64,000 bases of DNA. Origin: Felis catus (lineage: Eukaryota). Of the stretch, positions 53,100 to 64,000 are shown piece by piece (position 1 is the stretch's first letter; every line of letters starts with the position of its first letter). The translations under genes and the position numbers were made by a program. The notes beneath the pieces are model-generated. The model had not been told where the DNA came from. It ran no database searches and saw only the letters and a list, made by a program, of their open reading frames with translations. The stretch covers positions 118,484,001 to 118,548,000 of the forward strand of contig NC_058373.1 of the NCBI RefSeq assembly GCF_018350175.1. Direction: 5' to 3'.

Positions 53100-53473
53100 G
53101 AAATAAACAACAGGCCCCAAGGGAGTCACTTTTGCTAAACCCCATCAAGACTCAACATTTAAACCTAACCGCACTTCCAGCCTCTCCCAACAGTGGAACT
53201 TTAAACCAATCAGTCTGGAATTTCCAGATCTGCACCGCTAAGGTAATCCGTATGATAAGACCCTTTGTCTTCCCCTATGGGAAGGTAACCTCCACTGAAA
53301 TATCCCATTCTTTTAACTTCTTTGTCCCACCCTCTTTCTGCCTATAAAATGCCTGCCATTTTGTACAACTTGGAGCTCCTTTCTACTTGCTGGATGGGAT
53401 GCTTCCTAATTCATAAATTTGTTGAATAAAGCCAATTAGATCTGAAAACTTACTCAAATGTTGCTTTTTAACA
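53100..53473 (+). mobile_element. LTR, MER34-like
   Basis: CCAAT, TATAAA, then aataaagccaattagatct...ttaaca terminus typical of MER34. Confidence 0.6.
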
Positions 53474-55267
53474 GTATGTATGCATATATGGATAGGTAGG
53501 TATACACATACACATCACACATACATAAATGTCCCCCCACATGGGATCCTACTGGAATACTTGTTGTGTCTGCTTCTTTTCCCACCCAATGATACATTAA
53601 GAACATTATTCCATGTCATTCAATTGTATTTCTGAAGATGGTTATTAATATCTGCTTTTATAGTGAGAACTAAGTAGCATTACAGGAAAAGTGATGAAAT
53701 TTTTAAAAAGTCAGGCTCCAAAAGATGGCTCTCAGTCACAAGGGAAACTAGAAGACAGATAGCAACAACACTCTTTGCGGAAATCACAAAATGTTGAAAA
53801 AGCAAAGGATGAGGTCACAGGACACACTGAGAGGAGATGTTTGTACCGGATGTGGAAAATATAAATTTAGAGCTCTCCTTTAGCTGAATTTCTTCCCAAG
53901 CTTTGTGAGCCCAGAAGCACAGCCCATCCCCCTAGTTCACTGCAGGATGTATCCCTAGTCTACTGAAAACTATTCCCTTTGAAAAGGTAGTTAAATCTCC
54001 CAGTGACAAACTAAACTACCTTCTTCAACATTTCCCCAGGGATCTGATATTTTGGCCTCGCCAGCACACACAACCTGTGTGTCAATTAAGAAGAGGGATC
54101 CCTTTCCTGCTGTCCCTTCTTCTGTACACTGAAGCCCTAAACTAGACACAGGACTTGGGAGGATATGATACTGCCCTCCTGCCACCCGCCCCAGCTCATA
54201 CTTTGACCCTTGGTCTAATAACTGCAGAGTAGTTCCTTACACAATGGCCTTGTCTGATATGGTCCCTGTAGATTTACTTAAACTTCCATGGAACATATGC
54301 AAAAATAATCTTAATCTCCCCATCCCAGCTGTCACTTTGCCCAATTCAAGAACTTCCTGTCTTATCCCACTCCAAGTTCCTCCAAACCAGGCCAAGGGCA
54401 CACAAGCCATGTTATAGGGCTTTGCTCCATAATAATAAATTATTATTATAGCTACCATTTTTTAAGTGTTTAGTTCTGTACCAGACCCTGTGCTAAATGC
54501 CTTATATGCATTATTTTATCTTCACAACTCAGTGAAGAAGTAAGTTTAATTATTATTCCCATTTTACAGAGAAGATTGCTGAGACCTGAGAGAGTAACTT
54601 GACTGGGCTAATAATGCCACAGATACTAATGAGTGACAAGGAATCAATTCTGGTTGGTCTGTTTCCCACAAACATTTCCCGTGCACCTCTTGTATGAAAG
54701 GCAGTTTGCTAAAAGCAAGAGAAAAAGGCATAAGGAAGACCTTTCCTTGAAATCCCACCATCTTTGAAAGAGTTTACAGTTTAGGAAGTTTAGGAAGGAA
54801 TATGACAAGCACACGATACACCAATACAAGGCACAAGGTGCTAAACTCGTGCGAAAGGGTCAAAGTTCTCTTAGAGAGATGGGAGAGCCTTTGGGGAGGA
54901 GATGGAATATGAAATGGGCTTTAATAAGGGTTTTCGCAAAAGATGTTTGGAGGACAGCATTTGGGGGAAACAGCATGAGTAAAGGTATGGAGAACATAGG
55001 CAAGGAGCAATAAATAGTTTAACTTACAGAAGTAGAGCTTGGGAGAGTTGTGGCTGATAAAGCTGTAGCATTACATGACTTCAGTACCTAGCTAAGGAAC
55101 TTGGATTGGTGGATGGAATACCAGATGGGTTTTGAGTGGGGTGATGGCAAGTCTGGGTATACAAACCTGAGAAAATTAATGTTGTAGCTACCTGTGTTAT
55201 AAATTAGCACAGGGAGAGATCAAAGATAGAGATCAGTTGGGAGGCTACTTGTAATAGACCAAGAATT

Positions 55268-55443
55268 CTTGGTCTCAGCACTATTGACTTTTGGGTCAGA
55301 TAATTATCTGGGTGTGTGTGTGGTGGGGGGGGGGGAGGTTCTTTGCACTGTAGATGTTTAGCAGCATCTCTGGCCTCTATTCACTATATAACATTCCACC
55401 CCATCCCCAATTGAGGCAAAATCGCCCCCATTGTGGGCCACTG
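55268..55443. mobile_element. MER20-like relic (internally deleted)
   Basis: ctcagcactattgac..gataatt..atgtttagcagcatctctggcctcta. Confidence 0.65.
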
Positions 55444-56064
55444 TAATAGACCATGTTACAGGCAGAAATTTTAAAAGGTGGATGTGACACACGGGCAAGG
55501 GTAAAACCTAAAAGCTTTGGTAAGTGTTTGGAGTCCAGAGGACTGGGGATCAAATAGAACCAGTGAAAAGGCCCTATAGGCCATGTAGTCTAACATACTC
55601 CTAATTGCTTGCAACACTAAACTCTTTAGAAGGGCAATTTGGTAAACCCTTTTGAAGGTAGTTTGGTAAAACCTTCTAACAATAACAAAAACTATCTTGC
55701 CTTTTGGCCCAGCAATTCAGTTCCTGGAAATTTATCTTAAATGATTCAAATGAAGACACAGAATCTTTGTGTACAAAGCAATAATACTTACATGGAATAG
55801 TGACCATGCTGTTCTCAACAATTGCACCCTCATACCTACCACATTGAACAGTGCCTGCTAAATGAGAGGCTCAGATTTAATAAGTCAATTTAAGATTCAG
55901 ATGTGTGATCCAAAACTCTGGAGAAGTCGTAGCTAATGAAACAAAATCCCAGATGGGGTGAAAAAGGCAGATATCAAGAATCCAAGTATAAAAGCTCATA
56001 ACTTTCTTTAACTTCTTTCTCATATCATAGAGGGAAATGACTGGAATTTTGTCTATCCGTGCCT

Positions 56065-56167
56065 TTTTTTTTTTTTTTTCTAATTTGAGGTTGTGTCAAG
56101 GAGGGATTTGAACTCACAACCCCGAGATCAAGTCATATGCTCTACCAAATGAGTCAGCCAGGCTCCC
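56065..56167 (-). mobile_element. Short tRNA-like CAN-SINE just upstream of the RIOX1 promoter
   Basis: T tract plus reverse head gaactcacaaccccgagatcaag..gagtcagccaggctccc. Confidence 0.75.
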
Positions 56168-56189
56168 CCCACCCTCCACAGTTACTGAG

Positions 56190-57900
56190 ATTGTGTATTG
56201 GCCAAAGGAGGAGGGAAGTTATGGCGTCAATCAATGACGTCATCTGCTCAGAAAGAAGACCCGGTGCGCCCCCCATCCCCACTCCGGTTTGAACTTTGCC
56301 TGAGGAATTTCGTTCTTTGCCCGAGGACATTCCTTTAAAATAAGAATTTCGAGACTTCCCGTGCAAAGTTGCTGGGAAACACGCTGTTCGGGAATGAGGA
56401 CGTCCTGGGGCACACTCCAATATACAGAGATTAAAGAGTTCCCGGCAGTTTGGTTTTTAAATTGCCCTGCAAACGTGAAATCCTTGCTGATCTGGCAGCT
56501 ACTCCGCTATGGTGGTGAGAGACATACCACCAGCCTGGCGAGAGGGAGGCGCCGGGCGGAAGAATGGCAGGCGTGGCCAACCCGGAGGCGGCTGGAGGCC
56601 GCGCCCCCTTCCCAGAGTGCCCCGCAGCCGCTCCCCGCGAGATCTCTTTTCTAGCCAGCCCTGGCCCGGCTCAGAAGGTGCTCCCACCATGGATGGGCTT
56701 CGGGCTAGCGCAGGGCTGTTGAGGCGCGGGCGGTTGAGACGCCGGCGCCAGCCGCAGCCACACAGCGGGTCGGTCCTGGCCCTGCCCTTAAGGCCCAGGA
56801 AGATCCGAAGGCAGCTGAGGAGAAGCGTGGCGTCCCGCATGGCCGCACTGAGGGCCCAGACACTGCCGAGCGAGGACTCGGAGGACTCGAGGGTGGAGTC
56901 GACGGTCGACGATCCTGGAGACCCGCTGGCTGGTGGGGCAGCGACCATCCCGGATGCGGCCCGGCGAGAGCCGTACGGTCACCTGGGGCCTGCAGAGCTG
57001 CTGGAGGCCTCGCCCGCGTCCCGCTCCCTGCAGACCCCCCGCGCGCTGGTGGAGGCGCAGACCCCGCCGGCCCGCCTGGTGGAGGCGCAGACCCCGCCGG
57101 CCCGCCTGGTGGAGGCGCCCGCCCTGCCCGCGCGCCTAGTGCCGGCTCCCGCGCCTCCCGCGCGCCTGGTGGAGGTGCCCGCTGCGCCGGCGCGCGTGGT
57201 GGAGACCTCGGCGCTGCTGTGCCCTGCCCAGCACTTGGCGGCCGCCCCGCCATCCGTGGCCCCCGCAACGCTGTCGGGGCCGCAGGTGGATAGCACCGGC
57301 GGGGAGTTGGCCTGGGACTCGCCGCTGCAGCGCGTCCTGGCGGAGCTGAACCGCATCCCCAGCAGCCGGCGGCGGGCCGCGCGCCTCTTTGAGTGGCTCA
57401 TCTCGCCCATGCCGCCCGACCATTTCTACCGGCGTCTGTGGGAGCGGGAGGCGGTGCTGGTGCGGCGGCAGGACCACGCCTACTATCAGGGGCTTTTCTC
57501 CACCGCAGACTTGGACTCCATGCTGCGCCACGAGGAGGTGCAGTTCGGGCAGCACCTGGATGCTGCTCGGTACGTCAACGGGCGGCGCGAGACCCTGAAC
57601 CCCCCCGGCCGCGCGCTGCCTGCCGCCGCCTGGGCCCTGTACCAGGCCGGCTGCTCCCTGCGCCTCCTCTGTCCGCAGGCTTTCTCGACCACAGTGTGGC
57701 AGTTTTTGGCCGTGCTCCAAGAGCAGTTTGGCAGCATGGCTGGCTCCAACGTTTACCTCACGCCCCCCAATTCGCAGGGCTTTGCCCCCCACTACGACGA
57801 CATCGAGGCTTTTGTGCTGCAGCTGGAAGGTAGGAAACTCTGGCGTGTGTACCGACCCCGGGTCCCGACCGAGGAGCTGGCCCTGACATCCAGTCCCAAC
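56190..57900 (+). promoter_or_regulatory. RIOX1 promoter and CpG island extending into the CDS
   Basis: High CpG density from ~56500 to 57900; perfect CRE palindrome TGACGTCA at 56235-56242; inverted CCAAT (ATTGG) near 56198. Confidence 0.75.
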
Positions 57901-58692
57901 TTCAGCCAGGACGACCTCGGTGAGCCGGTGCTGCAGACTGTGCTGGAACCTGGAGATTTGCTCTACTTTCCTCGGGGCTTCATTCACCAAGCCGAATGCC
58001 AAGATGGAGTGCACTCTCTGCACCTCACCTTGTCCACGTACCAGCGCAATACCTGGGGCGACTTCCTGGAGGCCGTCCTGCCCCTGGCAGTGCAGGCTGC
58101 CATGGAAGAAAATGTGGAGTTCCGAAGGGGTCTTCCCCGAGATTTCATGGATTACATGGGGGCCCAGCACTCAGATTCCAAGGATCCACGAAGAACCGCT
58201 TTTATGGAGAAGGTGCGAGTCTTGGTTGCCCGCTTGGGACACTTTGCCCCTGTCGATGCTGTGGCTGACCAGCGAGCCAAAGACTTCATCCACGACTCTC
58301 TGCCCCCTGTGCTGACTGATAGAGAGAGGGCACTAAGTGTTTATGGGCTCCCAATTCGCTGGGAGGCTGGAGAACCTGTTAACGTGGGGGCCCAGTTGAC
58401 AACAGAAACAGAAGTGCACATGCTTCAGGATGGGATAGCTCGGCTGGTGGGTGAGGGAGGCCATTTGTTTCTCTATTATACAGTGGAGAACTCCCGTGTT
58501 TATCATCTGGAAGAGCCTAAGTGCTTGGAGATATACCCACAGCAAGCTGATGCCATGGAACTTTTGCTCCGCTCCTACCCAGAGTTTGTGAGAGTAGGGG
58601 ACCTGCCCTGTGACACGGTGGAGGACCAGCTTTCCTTAGCGACCATGTTATATGACAAGGGGCTGCTGCTCACCAAGATGCCTCTAACCTGA
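56689..58692 (+). CDS. RIOX1: Ribosomal oxygenase 1 / NO66 (C14orf169), JmjC 2-oxoglutarate/Fe(II) histidyl hydroxylase and histone demethylase; intronless, 667 aa from the Kozak ATG
   Basis: Single uninterrupted ORF. Start cccaccATGg gives [20 protein letters not shown]. Cupin/JmjC core [28 protein letters not shown]...[17 protein letters not shown] has the HxD...H metal triad. C-terminus [14 protein letters not shown] is recognisable as NO66. The ORF track starts 60 codons earlier, at 56509. Confidence 0.97.
   Translation: MDGLRASAGLLRRGRLRRRRQPQPHSGSVLALPLRPRKIRRQLRRSVASRMAALRAQTLPSEDSEDSRVESTVDDPGDPLAGGAATIPDAARREPYGHLGPAELLEASPASRSLQTPRALVEAQTPPARLVEAQTPPARLVEAPALPARLVPAPAPPARLVEVPAAPARVVETSALLCPAQHLAAAPPSVAPATLSGPQVDSTGGELAWDSPLQRVLAELNRIPSSRRRAARLFEWLISPMPPDHFYRRLWEREAVLVRRQDHAYYQGLFSTADLDSMLRHEEVQFGQHLDAARYVNGRRETLNPPGRALPAAAWALYQAGCSLRLLCPQAFSTTVWQFLAVLQEQFGSMAGSNVYLTPPNSQGFAPHYDDIEAFVLQLEGRKLWRVYRPRVPTEELALTSSPNFSQDDLGEPVLQTVLEPGDLLYFPRGFIHQAECQDGVHSLHLTLSTYQRNTWGDFLEAVLPLAVQAAMEENVEFRRGLPRDFMDYMGAQHSDSKDPRRTAFMEKVRVLVARLGHFAPVDAVADQRAKDFIHDSLPPVLTDRERALSVYGLPIRWEAGEPVNVGAQLTTETEVHMLQDGIARLVGEGGHLFLYYTVENSRVYHLEEPKCLEIYPQQADAMELLLRSYPEFVRVGDLPCDTVEDQLSLATMLYDKGLLLTKMPLT
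57046..57207 (+). repeat. 30-bp coding minisatellite (about 5.4 units, [14 protein letters not shown]) in the RIOX1 N-terminal region
   Basis: Units start at 57046, 57076, 57106, 57136, 57166 and 57196; the first two are identical. Confidence 0.95.
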
Positions 58693-58837
58693 ACTAGTTT
58701 CTTCTTGATTGTTGGAAGCAAGACAGTGGTGATTCTCTCTTAGCCACCATTACCATCTTTTTGGCAGGGGGGTGGGGTAGGAGGGACTCATGTTCTTACC
58801 TTGATAACCATTTACCTTTATGACTGCTCACATTTAC

Positions 58838-58896
58838 CTTTATGACTGCTTTAATGTCACAAATTTCAGATGGTTTTCCAGGAATCACCACTTCAT
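58838..58896 (-). CDS. HEATR4: HEATR4 penultimate coding exon (DEVVIPGKPSEICDIKAVIK), antisense within the RIOX1 3'UTR
   Basis: Acceptor ttttacttttgtgcctag| and donor AAG|gtaaat; 59 nt, phase 1 in, phase 0 out, exactly bridging the 60321 and 44882 exons. The peptide resembles the human HEATR4 segment as I recall it. Confidence 0.85.
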
Positions 58897-59171
58897 CTAG
58901 GCACAAAAGTAAAAGCAGAAGTTGGAGGTGGAAAAAAGGAGCAATTTTTGCAGAAGTAACTTTGATCCCTGATCATTTCAGAGCACCAGCTTCATCACCC
59001 TCAGGCTTCAGCGTACTGTGTAGCACTTGCTGTGTCATTCTGCTTGAGACATTAGAAGTTTTTATTTGGAATTTGCATCCTTCATTTGAGTTCTCTTCAG
59101 TTTGGGGGGAGGGTTGGGGTCAGTATCTTGTTTGCTACTGTGAGTTTGTATGAATGTTAGAAAAGTTAGTA

Positions 59172-59177
59172 ATTAAA
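59172..59177 (+). terminator. Probable RIOX1 polyadenylation signal ATTAAA
   Basis: PAS hexamer ~480 nt after the stop, followed by the U-rich tract tgtttctcttttt. Confidence 0.6.
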
Positions 59178-60288
59178 GTGCCAAAGAATGTTTCTCTTTT
59201 TAAAGGCTAGATTATTATGAAGGAATTGGGTTGGGGGGTGGGAGATAGGAAAAATCTATAATGACTGATGTGAAAGGTAACTTGGGGTGGTTGTAGGATT
59301 GAGGCCAATTCTATAACTTTGGGGGTAATTTATTCATTTTAATCATGCTACTTGAACCCCAAACAGCACAATCCTATTGGAAAAGTTAAGAGTGCATTAT
59401 GTTTTTGCTCCGTGCTTGCTTGCATCAGTGGCTGGCATTGCTCCCCAAGGGATAGCATGTCACCTAGTTGTGCTATCATAGACCTCAGTCAACCAACTTA
59501 TAGCAAGCTGGCCATGAAGGGAGGCTGGTGTTCAAGTTACTTTCCACTCTCATTTTTTTCTGGCAGTTGGAAGAATCTTCCCCAAACCTGGAAAGTGAAT
59601 ATTTTCATGGTTGGTGGAAAAGAGCCTGGTGTACCAGAGAGAGCACTGGACTTGGAACCAGAAGACCTGGGTTTGGGGTGGTGGCTGGTAGGCAGCTGGC
59701 TGAATGATCTGAGGCTGCCGCTACACCTGGGCACACAGATTTTGTAAGTATATTTTGGTACAGCTTGATGTCTGCACTTCATTTAGGTTGTGTCTGGAAC
59801 TTTCAGAGCCTATCACCATATCTGATAGGTGCAGTTCTATATAAGGTTGAGAACTTTCTGAGGTCTTTTTTTTTAAGTTGGGAAAGCATGGATGTACATA
59901 AAATAAAAATGATAGCTCTCTCTCCAGTTCTACTTTCCAGAGGTAACTACTATTAAAAGTTAAACTCACAAGGCTTTGTTTGGATGCTTAATCAAACATA
60001 CGGTAGTTTGTTTGTTTTTTGGTTTGTTTTATACTCTTGTTTTTCTAATCTGTCAGTTTTGGACCTAACTTTTCAAATCAGTTCAGTTAGAACTACCTCT
60101 TTTTTTTTTTTTTTTTTAAGTGACAAAATAGCAAATAAAAACCAGGGGACAGACAGAAAAAAAAATAAAAGGACTATAAGGATGGCAGCTAAGAAGGAAA
60201 GGTAGTAACCTTTTCTGACTCATCCTACCAGGCTCAAAACTAAACTCCCCAAACACTAGATCCCAGAAAAGGCTTGTTAAAGGAGTCA

Positions 60289-60480
<192 letters not shown>

Positions 60481-61060
60481 CTAGATCAGAAGAAATGATG
60501 TTGAAAAAAACAATTGTATTAGATTGCAAATCATCAAAAAGCGTTAATAAAGTAATGTATTTGCCTGTTGGTGTTAGGTGGTGATACAATGCCTCAGAGC
60601 ATTCTCTTCTGATGTTGGTTTTACACTTGTTAATGAGAAATTTACTTTAGCTTTTTGGGCATGATGAAAGGAACCTAAGAAATGCTTGCTTGATGTGAAG
60701 CTGGTTTTGTGAATTATATGAAGAAAGAATCTTACATTTTTAAAGTCTTTGTCCCTCTGTTTCTTCATCTCCTCTAACAACTCTGAAAAATTAAAACCAC
60801 CTGTTGAACTAGAATGTTCTTTGGTAAAAGCCCAGATTAGGAGGTTAAAAAGGAAAAGGAAAATCTAGGGGGCTAGCTCTAGCCACTCATTCCATCTCTA
60901 GGTCTACTTGTAAAAAACAACTTGGGTTTAGTTGATGGTGGGCAGAAAATGGGAGGGGAAGGAAATATATTTCAGAAACAACAACCCTGATTTTGAGGGC
61001 TACTTGATAGGCTGATGCGGTGATTGTTTTTATGTTTTTATTTTTTATTTTTTTTTACTA

Positions 61061-61309
<249 letters not shown>

Positions 61310-61937
61310 TTATCCTCAAAAAAAAGGTATCAGGGTGGAAAACACAGGAGTAGGAATCAGACAGGAATCCTAAATTCCAATCTTCACTGCATTTTGCTGA
61401 GCCTTATCTGCAAAACTGGTATGGTGCTTAGCTTACAGGGATGTTGGTATAGTTTCCAGGAGGATATATTCAAAGATACTAATGGTACCATTTATTGAAC
61501 ACCTTAATGGTGGGTACTAAACATGTCATCTCTTTAATTATTACCACAGACCCATAAGGCAGATTTATAATCTGCATTTGGTAATGAAAAAACAGGCTCA
61601 GAAAGTTTAAGTAACTTACCCATGTTCACATTGCTAGTATATACCTGAGCCTGGGATTCAGACCCTGGTCTTTTTGACTCTAAAGCCTGTCATCACAGTA
61701 GACACTTGATAAATGTTGGCTGGATAAATGGAGAACAGGTGTGTGAACTTCATGACCTATCTAATTTAGGCCAGTTTTTCTGTTACCCACTTAGATAGGT
61801 AGGTAGGTGGATGGCACAGGTGAGCCTGTGCTTTTACAGCCATTAGACAGCCTAGAAACGCAGGGATGTATTGTGTTAACAAGGATGGGAGAGTGGGCAG
61901 TATAAGAGGTCACGGCAGGAGTCAGGTTCAGAGCTTA

Positions 61938-62168
<231 letters not shown>

Positions 62169-62882
62169 TTAAGAGGGAGTTGGCTATATATCCTAACATC
62201 CAGAAACGGCCTTATTAATAAATAGTAATAACATATAGACAGCTACCTGCTAAATTAAGTATTGCAAATCTTAAACTAAGTATTTTGTTGGTATCTTTTT
62301 CTGGATGACAATTATCATTAGAATTTTACGGATGGGTTAAAGTAGGACATTGTCTCCAAAGGATTCCTGTGGGGATGGGGAGGGAGGATCCATCCCATAC
62401 TTACCCCTTACAATATGAAAATAAACTAATTTACTTATTTATCTAGGGATGAGATAATGGGGCGGATAACTCAGAACACTGGCCTCATCAAGTCAAGATG
62501 ATGGGGAAAGGACACACAATTACTTCACAGGTTTACCTTGGGCAAAGATTGTCCAAGAGAGAAGTAATGCCAAAGATCCTTAAAAAGGAACCCTGGGAAA
62601 ATTTGAGGGCAGGGTTTTAAGTCTGTAGCAGTCTTGAATCTGGTCTTTTACAGAGTCCTATAGTGGATACCTACTTAGAACTTAGTCCTAATTCTATTGG
62701 CAGGGACTGTCTTGTCAGCCCTTTGCCTTAACAAGTTTGACAGAGATCTAGACTTGGGATCTTTAACTGAAAATTAAAAAGAAGAAAATAGTCTTTAATT
62801 TCTCAGGCAAGAACTTCTGAGAAGGTGTAATCATCCCTTCAGCTACACCTTATCCCCTTCCTAGAGAGATTCTGGGGATCTA

Positions 62883-63080
<198 letters not shown>

Positions 63081-63104
63081 TTATCTCTAAAATGTGCTAT
63101 AATT

Positions 63105-63290
63105 GGGCACCTGGGTGGCTCAAGTTCAGTGTCTGACTCTTGCTTTCAGCCCAGGTCATGATCCCAGGGTCATGGGATCGAGCCCCACATCGGGTATGCA
63201 CTGAGTGTGGAGCCTGTGTGAGATTCTCTCTCCTTCTGCCCTTCCCCCTTGCTCACATGCACACGCTTTCTCTCTCAAATAAAACAAAAA
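63105..63290 (+). mobile_element. CAN-SINE in a HEATR4 intron
   Basis: Head, CT tract and A tail. Confidence 0.88.
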
Positions 63291-63617
63291 ATGCTCTACA
63301 ACTGAAAAATGGGCTTCTGTCAATTCTAGTGACAAATGAGCTGGAGGCTGAAGCACTGGTCTACACACACAGTGCAGTAGCTGAATTATCGCTTATCTAG
63401 ATTTTCCTCCGCTCACAGTTCTGTGGTCATACAGGCTTCTTTAGAACACCTTGATTCAGGTTTCCCCCTAATAATTAGGGATTATAACTCCATTCACTGG
63501 AGTTGATCATAAAGCCCATAACTGAGGTGAGAACAGGATTCAGGGATGTGCTTAAGAGTTAAGTCTGGGCTGGCTGGGAGCAAAATGTGGTTCTAACTGA
63601 TTGATGTGGCCAGTCTA

Positions 63618-63968
<351 letters not shown>

Positions 63969-64000
63969 TTAAACTTTTGGCATCCCCACCACCAATGCCC

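Noticed and set aside
54020..54074. Exon-like minus-strand segment (acacag|GTTGTG...GAAG|gtagtt) in the HEATR4 last intron
   Set aside because: About 55 nt would break the frame between two exons that already join in phase; weak donor; no supporting homology.
56499..58545. Antisense and alternate-frame ORFs over RIOX1 (e.g. 344 aa at 57136-58170, minus strand)
   Set aside because: Shadow ORFs caused by high GC3 codon usage of the real gene.

Overview
Mammalian genomic DNA from a carnivore, almost certainly a felid: it is dense in tRNA-derived CAN-SINEs of the feliform SINEC_Fc type and carries a young L1. Gene content matches the NUMB-RIOX1-HEATR4 locus (human 14q24 synteny, recalled rather than searched). 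(1) Bases 1-25791 are the first intron of a minus-strand gene, probably NUMB, whose CpG island, non-coding first exon(s) and CCAAT-box promoter lie at ~24900-26120. (2) An intergenic stretch runs from ~26 to 44 kb. (3) The last seven coding exons of HEATR4 lie on the minus strand (63936 down to 44724); I spliced them by hand and the phases are fully consistent. (4) The intronless JmjC ribosomal oxygenase RIOX1/NO66 (+, 56689-58692) is nested in HEATR4's last intron, and a 59-nt HEATR4 coding exon lies antisense inside the RIOX1 3'UTR. I found no prokaryote-type or wholly new system. The most notable observations are: the sense/antisense exon overlap with a tandemly duplicated splice donor; an apparently premature HEATR4 stop with a decayed former C-terminus; a 30-bp coding minisatellite in RIOX1; an L1 with a 3' transduction; a SINE tail with clustered A>G changes suggestive of ADAR editing; two sister LTRs bracketing the HEATR4 terminal exon; and a perfect 22-bp foldback. 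Repeat family names and boundaries are by eye and approximate.
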